Positions 1 through 10,047 of a stretch of 64,000 nt of DNA are shown here, piece by piece; position 1 is the stretch's first letter, and each line of letters starts with the position of its first letter. The notes under the pieces are model-generated. The model searched no databases, was not told where the DNA came from, and saw only the letters and a program-made list of their open reading frames with translations. The DNA comes from Pseudomonadota bacterium. Lineage in GTDB: Bacteria; Myxococcota_A; UBA9160; JADFDR01. A program made the translations under genes and the position numbers. The DNA lies in the NCBI GenBank assembly GCA_003353845.1, contig PIVT01000014.1, positions 3,538 through 67,537 of the forward strand. Reading direction: 5' to 3'.

Positions 1-301
1 GAAACAGTTCTTCGAAATAGGCGTCAAAATCCTCGAAGTGAGCCGTTCCATCGGCGGCCCGCAGCGTTTCACGCACTCGCTCCCACCACCAACGTTTCTC
101 CAACGCAGGTACTTCTTCTATGGACACTTGGTCAAAAACCAAGGGGGCTGCCTGGGGCAAAATACGTGAAAACGCATCCGTGAGATGGCTGGCCGGCAAG
201 CTGACACCGTGAGCCTGTGCAACGCGACTGTAGAAAGCCCCTGCCGGCTCTCTCAGCTCAATCAATGTTCCCACAACATCAAATAATACGGCTCGAATCA
301 C
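1..301 (-). CDS. HAD-superfamily hydrolase, N-terminal part only (gene runs off the left edge)
   Basis: Not in the ORF track. Manual minus-strand translation from GTG at 301 (in-frame TAG ten codons upstream) gives VIRAVLFDVVGTLIELREPAGAFYSRVAQAHGVSLP... LFDVVGTL resembles HAD motif I with the second Asp replaced. Confidence 0.45.
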   Translation of the reverse strand, partial: MIRAVLFDVVGTLIELREPAGAFYSRVAQAHGVSLPASHLTDAFSRILPQAAPLVFDQVSIEEVPALEKRWWWERVRETLRAADGTAHFEDFDAYFEELF

Positions 302-420
302 GCTGGCTCCCGCTTCACCCTGGCATCGCTACAAGATAGCCGAGCCCCACGCCACAATCCCACAGCACAAATGGACAGAGCAGGAAGCAACGAGGTACCA
401 TCCCACGCGGCACAACCTCA

Positions 421-1320
421 ATGGAATCTGATACAGAGCGAAGGACGGAGGCAGGAATGCTGGGAATACTGGGTGGCAGCGGCGTTTACGAAGTAGACGG
501 CTTGCAGAACACGCGTTGGGAAACAGTCGAATCCCCTTTCGGCGAGCCCTCGGACCAACTCTTGTTTGGGGAACTCGACGGCCAGCCCCTGGTTTTCTTA
601 CCGCGTCATGGACGGGGGCACCGCTTTTCCCCCGCGACGGTGAACTACCGCGCCAATATCGATGCCTTGAAGCGTGTGGGGGTGAGTGAAATCTTATCCG
701 TGTCGGCTGTCGGTTCGTTTAAGGAAAAACTTTCACCCGGCACCTTCGTCGTCGTCGATCAATTTATCGACCGCACCACGAGCCGGGCCAGCAGCTTCTT
801 CGATGCGGGGGTGGTGGCCCACGTCTCCATGGGCCATCCCGTGTGTCAACGACTGGCCGCTCTCGTCGGGCAAGCCGCCGAAGGACTCGACATTCCGGTG
901 GCCCACGGCGGAACCTACCTGGCCATGGAAGGCCCTCAATTTTCCAGCCTGGCCGAGTCCGAGCTCTACCGCAGCTGGGGCTGCGACATCATCGGAATGA
1001 CGAACATGCCCGAAGCCAAGCTCGCTCGCGAAGCCGAGATCTGCTACGCAACAGTAGGCATGGTGACAGACTACGATTGCTGGCATCCCGATCACGACGC
1101 CGTGCAAGTGGCCGATATCGTCCGCGTGTTAACGGAAAATGCTCACAACGCAGGAAACCTTGTCAAAGCCGTTGCTCCAAGCGTAAGCGGAATCGAACAT
1201 CCCTGCCCCCACGGCTGCCAACGAGTGCTCGACAATGCCATCATTACAAGTCCAGAAGCACGCGACCCCGAAGTCACCGCACGACTCGATGCCGTCGCCG
1301 GGCGCGTATTAAACTCCTAA
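421..1320 (+). CDS. mtnP: S-methyl-5'-thioadenosine phosphorylase
   Basis: 299-aa ORF. GILGGSGVY N-terminus, LVFLPRHGRGHRFSPATVNYRANI and GMTNMPEAKLAREAEICYA are typical MTAP/PNP-family motifs. A start at M13 (457) is possible. Confidence 0.88.
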   Translation: MESDTERRTEAGMLGILGGSGVYEVDGLQNTRWETVESPFGEPSDQLLFGELDGQPLVFLPRHGRGHRFSPATVNYRANIDALKRVGVSEILSVSAVGSFKEKLSPGTFVVVDQFIDRTTSRASSFFDAGVVAHVSMGHPVCQRLAALVGQAAEGLDIPVAHGGTYLAMEGPQFSSLAESELYRSWGCDIIGMTNMPEAKLAREAEICYATVGMVTDYDCWHPDHDAVQVADIVRVLTENAHNAGNLVKAVAPSVSGIEHPCPHGCQRVLDNAIITSPEARDPEVTARLDAVAGRVLNS

Positions 1321-1350
1321 CATAGGCCTCGACAACGAGAGGAGAGCAGC

Positions 1351-1878
1351 GTGTCCATCACCAAATACATTCGCACCATCTCAGACTATCCCAAGCCGGG
1401 CATTCAATTTCGTGATATCACGACCCTGCTAAACGACGCCGAGGGCTTGCAAGTCTGCATCAACCAAATCACCGATCGCTACCGCGAACAGGAAATCGAT
1501 CACGTGGTGGGTATTGAGGCGAGAGGCTTCATCTTCGGCACGGCCGTGGCCTACACACTGGGTGTGGGCTTTGTCCCGCTGCGCAAGCCTGGAAAACTTC
1601 CAGGACCTACGGTCGGCATCGATTACCAACTTGAGTACGGCGAAGACCGCATTGAAATGCACACCGATGCCATCCGCGAGGGAGATCGCATCATCTTGAT
1701 GGATGATCTCATCGCGACGGGCGGCACGGCTGAGGCCGCCATCGAACTCATTGAGGGCGTGGGCGGCAGGATCATCGAGTGTTGTTTTGTCATAGACCTA
1801 CCGGATCTCGGAGGGGCACAGCGACTCCGAGAACTTGGGCACTCCCCCTTCTCGCTATGCCAGTTTGAAGGCGACTGA
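1351..1878 (+). CDS. apt: adenine phosphoribosyltransferase
   Basis: 175 aa with a GTG start. YPKPGIQFRDIT N-terminus and PRPP-binding motif RIILMDDLIATGGTAEA. Confidence 0.92.
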   Translation: MSITKYIRTISDYPKPGIQFRDITTLLNDAEGLQVCINQITDRYREQEIDHVVGIEARGFIFGTAVAYTLGVGFVPLRKPGKLPGPTVGIDYQLEYGEDRIEMHTDAIREGDRIILMDDLIATGGTAEAAIELIEGVGGRIIECCFVIDLPDLGGAQRLRELGHSPFSLCQFEGD

Positions 1879-1884
1879 ACTCCC

Positions 1885-2988
1885 ATGAAGGTAGACGGCC
1901 AGGCCTATCGCAGTCTTTGGTTTGATGAAGCCAGCGAAAGCGTTGCCTTTATCGATCAGAATAAACTCCCGCATTCCTTTCGCATCGATCATTTGCAAAG
2001 TCTGGAGGATGCGGCAGAAGCCATTCTGCACATGGGTGTGCGCGGGGCACCTCTCATCGGTGCCACGGCCGCTTTCGGCATGTACCTGGCGTTGCGCGCC
2101 GACCCCTCACCCCACAGTGAGGAACAAGCCGCCCGAACCTTACTCGCAACGCGCCCTACCGCTGTCAATTTGCGCTGGGCCATCGAACGCCTGCGCGAAC
2201 GACTTCGACAGACCCCGGGCCCTGAGCGCACGGCCATCGCCCTGGAAGAGGCGAGGCAAATCGCCGAGGACGACGTAAAAACCTGCGAAGCCATCGGAGA
2301 CCATGGCCTCACGTGTTTAGAAAAAATCTGGAAAGAAAAATCGGGGAAGCAAGAGGCGCTGCGCATCCTTACCCATTGCAACGCGGGTTGGCTGGCCACC
2401 GTGGATTGGGGAACGGCCTTGGCGCCCGTCTACAAAGCCCACCGAGCGGGAATCCCCATCCAAGTCTGGGTCGATGAAACGCGACCGCGAAGCCAGGGGG
2501 CCAAGCTTACCGCTTGGGAGTTGGCCGCCGAGGGCATCGCACACAAACTAATTGTCGACAGCGCCTCAGGGCACGTCATGCAAAGGGGCCTGGTGGATTG
2601 CTGCATCGTCGGCAGCGACCGCACGAGCGCGAGCGGTGATGTGTGCAATAAAATTGGCACCTACCCCACGGCCCTGGCCGCCCGAGATAACGAGATCCCT
2701 TTTTACGTGGCTCTGCCCACGTCTACCATTGATTGGGAAATCGATGATGGCCTGCGAGAAATCCCCATTGAGGAGCGAGATGCCAATGAGGTCTGCGAAG
2801 TGTCTGGTATTACTGCCGCTGGAAAAATGGAAACCGTTCGCGTGCCACCCCTTGGCACACCGGCTGCCAACTACGCTTTTGATGTAACGCCTCGCCACCT
2901 GGTATCCGGACTCATTACCGAACGCGGTGTTTTCACAGCCAACCCCACAGAGCTAAGCCTCTTGAAAAAACAACTGAACAGGGAATAG
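1885..2988 (+). CDS. mtnA: methylthioribose-1-phosphate isomerase (eIF-2B alpha/beta/delta-like)
   Basis: 367 aa. FIDQNKLPH, GAPLIGATAA, ILTHCNAGWLAT and GSDRTSASGDVCNKIGTY motifs. Confidence 0.9.
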   Translation: MKVDGQAYRSLWFDEASESVAFIDQNKLPHSFRIDHLQSLEDAAEAILHMGVRGAPLIGATAAFGMYLALRADPSPHSEEQAARTLLATRPTAVNLRWAIERLRERLRQTPGPERTAIALEEARQIAEDDVKTCEAIGDHGLTCLEKIWKEKSGKQEALRILTHCNAGWLATVDWGTALAPVYKAHRAGIPIQVWVDETRPRSQGAKLTAWELAAEGIAHKLIVDSASGHVMQRGLVDCCIVGSDRTSASGDVCNKIGTYPTALAARDNEIPFYVALPTSTIDWEIDDGLREIPIEERDANEVCEVSGITAAGKMETVRVPPLGTPAANYAFDVTPRHLVSGLITERGVFTANPTELSLLKKQLNRE

Positions 2989-3046
2989 AGCGCGAGGAAG
3001 TCTAGTCGCCCTAGATCTACAGCCAGAGATCCAGCGCTAGCGATCG

Positions 3047-3436
3047 TTATTTCTTTTTCGGGCGAATCCCGATGTGACTTTCAAACTCGTCTTCGACGAC
3101 ATCGGATTCGGAGGCATTTGCCAACACGATATTCTTCAGGTGCGAGTAACTCTCAACGGGAATCTGAGTAAAGGAAAAGGCGATTTTGTTCGGCTTGTCG
3201 TAGCGCACCACTTCCGCAAGCACGTCGAAAGCCATGGGTGTAATCCCGCCGCGCAAAATCAGTTTGATCTGGCAATGCAGACCGTCGGGCAGGTTCTCCT
3301 CCGCCGAAATCATCAAACCATTCATGCTGATGACTTCGACGACACCCATGACGCTCTGGCCACCTGGCCGTTGCACTTCAGCCGCGATATCCACGGCGAC
3401 GCGCGTAAACTCACGTTTATCACTTCCTTCCGACAT
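3047..3436 (-). CDS. PilZ-domain protein (putative c-di-GMP receptor)
   Basis: 129 aa. RxxxR (REFTR) is followed about 28 aa later by xSxxG (ISMNG). The first position of the second motif is non-canonical. Confidence 0.6.
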   Translation of the reverse strand: MSEGSDKREFTRVAVDIAAEVQRPGGQSVMGVVEVISMNGLMISAEENLPDGLHCQIKLILRGGITPMAFDVLAEVVRYDKPNKIAFSFTQIPVESYSHLKNIVLANASESDVVEDEFESHIGIRPKKK

Positions 3437-3593
3437 AACTCATCCCCTAGAGACCCCCGTCTCGGTAACACCCTGCTGTCGATCCTTCGATAACGAACTA
3501 TCGCCCACTCGCACGGGTTCGGCTAGTTCCTTCTACGCCGACTTCCACACTTACATCCACACTTATTTCCACTACAGCTGTAGCGAATTGCGT

Positions 3594-4535
3594 CTATTCT
3601 TCCTCTTCTGCTGCCTTGCGGATCAGATAACGCAGCGCACGGCTTCTCTCAGCGCTTCCCAATAATCGTTTCATGTCTTCGTACAGTGTGGGATCTGTTA
3701 GCAGTAACCCGATCGTCCCTTCGCCGTTATCCACCTTGGCTAAAATACTATTCAAATGGGCGCTGGACTCCGAGATATTGGCCACCGCCGTTTTCCCACC
3801 TGCGTCCTCGTAAATCAATCCGTGCAATACACCATCGCCTTCACGCACTTCCGTCAACATCGAATCCAAACTCTCAGCAGAGGAGCGTATTCCCTCCAAG
3901 GCGCTGTCCGCCGAAGACCCGTACACCAACTCATGCAAGATGCCGTCGCCCTCTTGGATTTCTTCGGCGATGGAACCCAAGGCGCCGATGGAATCCGCCA
4001 GATTTTGCCCACCCTCGGATCGGTCAAAATTGTCCACGACTTGATTGAGACTTGTAGCTAGCTCTGCAAAATTCTCCAGGGCCGTGGAACCGCGTGTCAT
4101 CATGGTATTCACGTTGAATGGATTTTGGTTTCTCAACACCGCGCCATCGCCCAGAGGCACCGCATCGGGCCCGCCCATGCTGATCTCGACGTACTTGTCT
4201 CCCAACAAACCAAAGGTGTCGATGCGTGAAACTGAATCGACTCGAATTCGGTCCTGCACCGAGCGTTCGATTTGCAATCGCACGGTCACGCTAGGCAAGT
4301 CACTCCCAATGGCAGTAAAGCGAACCTCGCGAACGACTCCGACGTCCTTTCCCGACAACATCACCGGCGCACCTTGGGTCAAGCCCTGCACGTCATCGAA
4401 GTAGGTGACCAACTCATAAACGGGGACCCAGGCTCGACGCTGTGAAGAGAGCATCAGGACGGCCACCGCAAAGAGAACCGCGCAACTGACGACAAAGCCT
4501 CCCACCACAAGCTGCAACTTTCGTTCACGCTCCAT
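3594..4535 (-). CDS. mlaD: MlaD/MCE-domain substrate-binding component of a lipid ABC transporter
   Basis: 313 aa. N-terminal TM followed by an MCE core, YFDDVQGLTQGAPVMLSGKDVGVVREVRF. Lies in an operon with the ATPase and permease. Confidence 0.8.
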   Translation of the reverse strand: MERERKLQLVVGGFVVSCAVLFAVAVLMLSSQRRAWVPVYELVTYFDDVQGLTQGAPVMLSGKDVGVVREVRFTAIGSDLPSVTVRLQIERSVQDRIRVDSVSRIDTFGLLGDKYVEISMGGPDAVPLGDGAVLRNQNPFNVNTMMTRGSTALENFAELATSLNQVVDNFDRSEGGQNLADSIGALGSIAEEIQEGDGILHELVYGSSADSALEGIRSSAESLDSMLTEVREGDGVLHGLIYEDAGGKTAVANISESSAHLNSILAKVDNGEGTIGLLLTDPTLYEDMKRLLGSAERSRALRYLIRKAAEEEE

Positions 4536-4573
4536 AAGGCCCTCCTTTCCTGGTGTACGGGCACAGTGAACAT

Positions 4574-5389
4574 TTAATCACGTTTCACCTCCAAACCATC
4601 CACTACGTTTTCAAATGCTGCGTCATCCATTCGCCCTTCCAGAAAGGCTTGCACATCTGGATGCGAAGAGGAACGCATTGCATCGCTGCTTCCCTCTTCC
4701 ACCACGAGACCATTCTTGATAAGCCCCACGCGGTCGGATATGGAAAAACACAGCTCGAGTTCGTGGGTGACCACCACCGAGGTCACATGCAAGCGTTCTT
4801 GCAGGTCCACAATTAAATCGCCCACCCGCCGCTGGTTCGCGGGATCTAAACCCGTGGTCGGCTCATCGTACAGGATGAACTCAGGCTGCATGGCAATCGC
4901 GCGCGCCAAGCCGATGCGCTTTTTCATGCCTCCAGATAATTCCGCGGGCATCAACTTCTCGGTTCCCGGCAAGCCGACAGACTCCAAGCACTCGGACACA
5001 CGATCTGAGAGTTCCGCCCGAGACAGGTTCAGGTGCTGACGCAAGGGATAGGCGACATTCTCATAGACATTCAGGGAATCGAAGAGGGCTGACCCTTGAA
5101 AGAGCACCCCGAACCGTCGCCGCTCGCGCACCCATTCAAACTCGCGACTGCATGCCATATCCTTTCCATCGATGAGAACCTCGCCCTTGTCTGCCTGCAA
5201 GAGCCCCACCATGTGTTTCAGACAAACCGACTTTCCACTGCCCGACCCGCCCAATAGCGTAAACGTTTCGCCGGAATGGATGTGTAGATCTACGCCTCGC
5301 AATACTTCATTGTCAGCAAAGGCTTTCTCCAGGTTGCGCAGTTCAATGGCCGGCACACGAGCCGTATTTTCATCCGTCCTGACTGTCAT
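4574..5389 (-). CDS. mlaF: ABC transporter ATP-binding protein (MlaF-like)
   Basis: Walker A GGSGSGKS, signature LSGGMKKR, Walker B ILYDEPTTGLD. Confidence 0.87.
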   Translation of the reverse strand: MTVRTDENTARVPAIELRNLEKAFADNEVLRGVDLHIHSGETFTLLGGSGSGKSVCLKHMVGLLQADKGEVLIDGKDMACSREFEWVRERRRFGVLFQGSALFDSLNVYENVAYPLRQHLNLSRAELSDRVSECLESVGLPGTEKLMPAELSGGMKKRIGLARAIAMQPEFILYDEPTTGLDPANQRRVGDLIVDLQERLHVTSVVVTHELELCFSISDRVGLIKNGLVVEEGSSDAMRSSSHPDVQAFLEGRMDDAAFENVVDGLEVKRD

Positions 5390-6186
5390 AACATTAAGAA
5401 CACCTTTGTCAGGAAGAAGTCAGCGATGAAAATCGAGATTGAGGCCACCACCACAGAGCGAGTGGTAGACTTACCTACACCCTCGGTGCCGCCTTGTGTC
5501 GTCAATCCCGCGTAACAGCCCACCATGGCGATGATCCATCCGAAGAAGAAAGTTTTCGAGAGGCCTGAGAGCAAATCCTCCACCGTGACCGTCGTCGTCA
5601 CCGTTGTTAGATAGAAATTCGGAGTGATGTTCAACTGATAATTCGAAATCAAACCACCCCCGAGGATGCCGAGAAAAATGGCCACAATGGCCAATAGCGG
5701 TAGGGCGAAGGTCGCTGCCAACATGCGCGGCACGACCAATTTCTGTAGCGGATCTGCGCCCATGGCCCGAATGGCGTCCACCTGTTCCGTCACGCGCATA
5801 GAACCGATCTCGGCTGCGATCCCCGCACCGATGCGCCCCGCCACCATGAGGGCTGTGAGTACCGGGCCGAGCTCGCGTACCACAGAGAGACTGACCAGGC
5901 TTCCCACATAAGGCTTGGCCCCAAAGCGTGAAAGTGCCTCTGCGGCTTGCAAGGCCAAGACCATTCCAGTGAAGAGTGCGGTCACACCGACGATGGGCAG
6001 GGACTGCACCGCAATGGCATACCACTGCCGCCAGAGTTCGGACCAGGGGAAGCGAGGCATGAATAACGCGCGCAAGCTGCGCAAAGCCATGAGGGAGAAC
6101 ACGCCAACGCCCAGTAATTGTTCGAGCCCCCATTCACCCAATTGACTCACTCGCCGCGAGATGTTTTCAACGAAAGACCCGCTCAT
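5386..6186 (-). CDS. mlaE: ABC transporter permease (MlaE-like)
   Basis: VRELGPVLTALMVAGRIGAGIAAEIGSMRVTEQVDAIRAMGADP is the MlaE family core. Start set at ATG 6186 (MSGSFVEN), giving an ATGA overlap with the upstream stop. The ORF track extends to 6225. Confidence 0.85.
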   Translation of the reverse strand: MSGSFVENISRRVSQLGEWGLEQLLGVGVFSLMALRSLRALFMPRFPWSELWRQWYAIAVQSLPIVGVTALFTGMVLALQAAEALSRFGAKPYVGSLVSLSVVRELGPVLTALMVAGRIGAGIAAEIGSMRVTEQVDAIRAMGADPLQKLVVPRMLAATFALPLLAIVAIFLGILGGGLISNYQLNITPNFYLTTVTTTVTVEDLLSGLSKTFFFGWIIAMVGCYAGLTTQGGTEGVGKSTTRSVVVASISIFIADFFLTKVFLML

Positions 6187-6749
6187 TTCGGACTCTCCTC
6201 GACGAGCAAGCGGGCACCACGCCACCAGCGATCAAAGTCTGGTTCCAAGACCTCAAAATTTCCGGGTGCTGCCAAAATGAAATCGTACTGACAATTTGCT
6301 TTCGCAGTGGTCACCGTCTTCACGGTCACCGCGGTGTCGCCTTCGCGAGTGGTAAAGACCTGTGCAATCCCAGCTTGCCCATCCACCGACACCGATTCCA
6401 CACGCGGCGATGACTCGGGTCGCAAACCGATCAAGAGTTGTTTCGCCAAGACCTCCAAGGAGGCCTGGGAGCGTTCACTCAAGCAATGAGAAAGCAAACT
6501 CACAGAGGATTGACTCTCGCTGGAAACGAAGCTCAACCCGGCACCCGGTACGTCGACGCGCTTCCAGGTTTCGTGCTCACTGTGCGGGACAGACACTCGA
6601 TACCCATGCTTGAGGTGCTCAATTTCTTGACTGGACAACCTCAGCGGATTCGCACAGCCGAGCCCGGCGGAGAGAGCGAGAAGGAACGCGAGTTGAAGAA
6701 CTCCCACAGAACCTAAGCTCAGGATTAAACTAGATTTTTCCTCTCTCAT
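6183..6749 (-). CDS. hypothetical lipoprotein co-transcribed with the Mla genes
   Basis: Start at the internal M (6749) gives signal peptide MREEKSSLILSLGSVGVLQLAFLLALSAGLGC with a lipobox-like Cys. It overlaps mlaE by 4 nt. No recognisable family. Confidence 0.5.
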   Translation of the reverse strand: MREEKSSLILSLGSVGVLQLAFLLALSAGLGCANPLRLSSQEIEHLKHGYRVSVPHSEHETWKRVDVPGAGLSFVSSESQSSVSLLSHCLSERSQASLEVLAKQLLIGLRPESSPRVESVSVDGQAGIAQVFTTREGDTAVTVKTVTTAKANCQYDFILAAPGNFEVLEPDFDRWWRGARLLVEESPK

Positions 6750-6832
6750 CTCAATGAATCTAGCTGGATTACGTCGCCAAAGGAAGCGCTTCTCGCTTGA
6801 CGCCAGCAAACGAGATTCCATACTCCGAAGCC

Positions 6833-7450
6833 ATGTCGACTAACCCTTTGCTCTCCCCTCCCCTCGTGCTGGCCAGCGGATCCCCACGGCGGCGCCAATT
6901 ATTGCAAGAAGCAGGCATCGAAATCGAAATCATCCCGGCCAATACCGCGGAGGTAAAGCGGGCGGGCGAAAGTGCGCGACAAGAAATCGAGCGGCTGGCC
7001 ACTGAAAAGGCCCTGGCCGTGGCGCGGAAGTTGGGCCCCCACCCCGCACGCCTGGTGCTGGGCTCCGATACAGGCGTGGTCCTGGACGATGAAGTGTTGG
7101 GCAAGCCGCGTGATGCCGAAAACGCAGTCGAACTTTTGCAGCGCCTCATGAATCGAACACACATCGTGATCACCGCCGTCAGCCTGGCACGAAGCGACAC
7201 CCTTGAGTGTAACTGTTTCTCCGTCGACACCGAAGTTTGCTTTGGCGAAGCAAGCTTGGAGGAGATTCAAGACTACGTAGCCACGGGTGAGCCCATGGAC
7301 AAAGCAGGCGCCTACGCCATCCAGGGTGAGGGAAAGCGCTTTATCAACCGCATCTGCGGCAGTGAGACCAATGTCATCGGGTTACCCATGGAAAGAACGC
7401 TGACGGAACTGCGCAAGCTGGGCATTTCCAATGTGGACGCCGCCTCGTGA
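6833..7450 (+). CDS. maf: Maf-like nucleoside triphosphate pyrophosphatase
   Basis: LVLASGSPRRRQLLQEAGI and GAYAIQG motifs. ATG 6833 is preferred over TTG 6797. Confidence 0.85.
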   Translation: MSTNPLLSPPLVLASGSPRRRQLLQEAGIEIEIIPANTAEVKRAGESARQEIERLATEKALAVARKLGPHPARLVLGSDTGVVLDDEVLGKPRDAENAVELLQRLMNRTHIVITAVSLARSDTLECNCFSVDTEVCFGEASLEEIQDYVATGEPMDKAGAYAIQGEGKRFINRICGSETNVIGLPMERTLTELRKLGISNVDAAS

Positions 7451-8184
7451 GCGCGCGGGACGCCCTCTCGCAACGCCTGGAGCAAGTCCGCGAGCGAATT
7501 GCCAATGCCGCCCGACGCGCCGGCCGCGATTCCGATGACATCACCCTGTTGGCCGTTTCCAAAAAGAAACCCGCGCGCGCTGTCGCGGAGGCTTTTGAAT
7601 ACGGCCAGCTGGATTTCGGTGAAAGTTACGTCCAGGAAGCCTGCGAGAAAATCAGTCAAGTCCAAGCACTGTTGAACGCGCGCTCCCATGCGGCTCCGGG
7701 TGATCGAACGACACCGCGCTGGCATTTCGTCGGCAAGCTGCAGCGCAACAAGGCCAAGGCCATCGCCTGGAACATGGATTGTTTTCATGCCCTGGACCGC
7801 GAAAGCCTGGCCCTGGAATTGGAAAAACACGCGGCGCAAGCCGGGCGCAAGCTCGACGTGCTGATTCAAGTCAACCTGAGCGGTGAAGCCCAAAAGGGAG
7901 GTGTCTCTCCTGATGAAGTCCAATCGCTCCTGACCTCTCTTGCCCCTCTTTCCCACCTGCGGCCCATTGGCCTCATGACCCTGCCCCCCGCTACCCAAGA
8001 GCCCGAAAGCAATCGCCCCTACTTCGCCCAACTGCGCGAAATGCGCGACCAGCTGCAAAACCTGGAGGGTTTGGAGAAAATCCGCGAGCTTTCCATGGGG
8101 ATGTCGCAAGACTTTGAAATCGCCGTGGAAGAAGGCGCGACCTGCGTGAGGCTGGGCACAGCCCTCTTCGGCCCGCGCACCTGA
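7447..8184 (+). CDS. yggS: YggS-family pyridoxal-phosphate homeostasis protein
   Basis: 245 aa with a GTG start overlapping the maf stop (GTGA). LLAVSKKKP (PLP lysine) and HFVGKLQRNK motifs. Confidence 0.85.
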   Translation: MSARDALSQRLEQVRERIANAARRAGRDSDDITLLAVSKKKPARAVAEAFEYGQLDFGESYVQEACEKISQVQALLNARSHAAPGDRTTPRWHFVGKLQRNKAKAIAWNMDCFHALDRESLALELEKHAAQAGRKLDVLIQVNLSGEAQKGGVSPDEVQSLLTSLAPLSHLRPIGLMTLPPATQEPESNRPYFAQLREMRDQLQNLEGLEKIRELSMGMSQDFEIAVEEGATCVRLGTALFGPRT

Positions 8185-8253
8185 GTGTTGAATTCCAGCG
8201 ATTGAATTCAGTCGCTCCAAGCCAAACCAGCACGAATATGAGGACGAACGAAA

Positions 8254-9078
8254 ATGGACGGATTAAGCGAAAAGACCGTTGCTTTCATCGGAGGCGGTGC
8301 CATGGCGCGCGCCCTGGCCAGCGGGTTGCTCTCCGCCGGTGTAGCCAAAGAGAACATCCTGCTCAGCGAACCCAACGAGGCCTGCCGCAAACAGTTGGAG
8401 CAGGATCTCGGCGTGGAGACCTCTGCCCGAAACGCTCAGGTCGTTCAGAATGCGGATATGGTGGTGCTGGCGGTTAAACCCGCCATTGTGGGCGTCGCGT
8501 TAAAAGAACTCGCCAATCAACCCGATCTCGATTTGAGCCGACCGCTTTGGGTCTCCATCGCGGCGGGTGTATCCATCTCTTCCATTGAAAGCCATCTACC
8601 CAAGGGCGCTCGAGTGGTGCGGGCCATGCCCAATACACCGGCCCAGGTGCATGCGGGAGCAACCACCTGGGTGGCAAATTCCAAAATCAGCCAAGGAGAC
8701 CGCGCAGCGACAAGCTCCCTCTTCGGCGCCGTGGGAACCAGCTGGGAAGCGCCTCAAGAGGGACTGATCGATGCCGCCACCGGCCTGGCCGGAAGTGGCC
8801 CCGCCTATGTGTTTGTCATCATCGAAGCCTTGAGTGACGCCGGTGTACGCGCCGGTCTACCCCGGGAAGCCGCCACACAGTTGGCCGCACAAACGGTCTA
8901 CGGTGCCGGCAAGCTCGTCATTGAGAGTGGGAAGCATCCTGGCGTTCTCAAGGACCAGGTGACCTCGCCAGGAGGCACCACCATTGCCGGGCTAGAGAAG
9001 CTGGAATCGGGCGGCCTGCGCGCCGCCCTCCACGATGCCGTGGATGCCGCGACCCGACGTTCCAAAGAACTGGGCTAA
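8254..9078 (+). CDS. proC: pyrroline-5-carboxylate reductase
   Basis: 274 aa. VAFIGGGAMARAL Rossmann N-terminus and C-terminal VTSPGGTTIAGL. Confidence 0.9.
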   Translation: MDGLSEKTVAFIGGGAMARALASGLLSAGVAKENILLSEPNEACRKQLEQDLGVETSARNAQVVQNADMVVLAVKPAIVGVALKELANQPDLDLSRPLWVSIAAGVSISSIESHLPKGARVVRAMPNTPAQVHAGATTWVANSKISQGDRAATSSLFGAVGTSWEAPQEGLIDAATGLAGSGPAYVFVIIEALSDAGVRAGLPREAATQLAAQTVYGAGKLVIESGKHPGVLKDQVTSPGGTTIAGLEKLESGGLRAALHDAVDAATRRSKELG

Positions 9079-9275
9079 AAATCACAGTGTAGAGCCCGCA
9101 AATGGCCGAAACAGGCTTCAGGAACGCTGGTGCGAAAGAAAAAGTGGAAGTTGAGTGCCAATCTAGAGCACTCTATGGACCCCCCCAGTACTCGGCGCGT
9201 CCAAGAGCGAGAAAGCTCAAGAAATCGACGCAGTTGACCGATTGGTTGCCTTAAAACGTAACGGAGGTCTGGCCC

Positions 9276-9863
9276 ATGCGGCTTACACCACTGGACATAC
9301 AGAATCATCATTTTCCACGCCGCTTTAAGGGCTATGACCCCGCTGAAGTCGACGGTTTCCTACGCATGGTGACCGAAGACTACAAATCCCTCATCGAGGA
9401 AAGCGAAGCGCTCAAAACCCGGATCCGAGAAGTCGAGCAGCGCGTGAACGAAATGCAGGGAAATGAAAAGACCCTCCAAGCGGCCTTTATCACCGCTCAA
9501 TCCATGACCGAAGACCTGCGCCAATCCGCGCTCAAGGAATCAGAGCTGGTCATCGCGCAAGCCGAGGTGAAGGCTGAGAAAGTCTTGGACGCCTCTCATC
9601 GCCGTGCCGCCGAGTTGGCCGAGGAAATTCGCGAGATGAAGCTGGTCAAGGTGAGACTGGCCACTGCCATTCGCAATACCATTGAGACGCACCTCACCCT
9701 GCTAGAGAGCTTGGCAGAAGAGCCTGACACGACGCGTGAGATCGAGGATAAAATCGCCTATCTCACCAAACCGGAAAGGGATGAGAAATCGTCTCCACAA
9801 GCGGAAAAGCCCCAGAGGCAGGCACCCCTGCCCAGACCTGCCACCACCAAAGGCGTCAAGTAA
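9276..9863 (+). CDS. divIVA: DivIVA-domain protein
   Basis: MRLTPLDIQNHHFPRRFKGYDPAEVDGFL is the canonical DivIVA N-terminus, followed by coiled-coil sequence. Confidence 0.8.
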   Translation: MRLTPLDIQNHHFPRRFKGYDPAEVDGFLRMVTEDYKSLIEESEALKTRIREVEQRVNEMQGNEKTLQAAFITAQSMTEDLRQSALKESELVIAQAEVKAEKVLDASHRRAAELAEEIREMKLVKVRLATAIRNTIETHLTLLESLAEEPDTTREIEDKIAYLTKPERDEKSSPQAEKPQRQAPLPRPATTKGVK

Positions 9864-9873
9864 GCTCGCTCCC

Positions 9874-10047
9874 ATGAGTGTGTCGGCGGACGCCTCCGCA
9901 GCCAACGCCCTGCAAATCCAAGCCACCGCAACAGGGGTCGGCTTTTGGATTCATGTCAGCCCCAAAGCCAAGCGCAAACGGATCTTGCTCACAGGCGAAT
10001 TCGAAGAGCTGCGGTCGCGGCTTCAAGCACTGGCGTCTGCCCGCTAG
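9874..10047 (+). CDS. short DUF167/YggU-like fragment (possibly a truncated remnant)
   Basis: 57 aa from ATG 9874. GFWIHVSPKAKRKRI resembles the YggU N-terminal strand (LRLYIQPKASRDSI in E. coli, from memory). The conserved C-terminal two thirds are absent, and only 86 nt remain before the next gene. Confidence 0.3.
   Translation: MSVSADASAANALQIQATATGVGFWIHVSPKAKRKRILLTGEFEELRSRLQALASAR

Noticed and set aside
5471-6133. 220-aa alternative-frame ORF inside mlaE
   Set aside because: It lies on the same strand in a shifted frame and is Arg/Gly/His-rich. The MlaE frame carries the family signature.
7312-8220. 302-aa minus-strand ORF opposite yggS
   Set aside because: It is antisense to a gene with a clear PLP-lysine motif and shows no motif or signal of its own. 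This is the typical high-GC shadow ORF.
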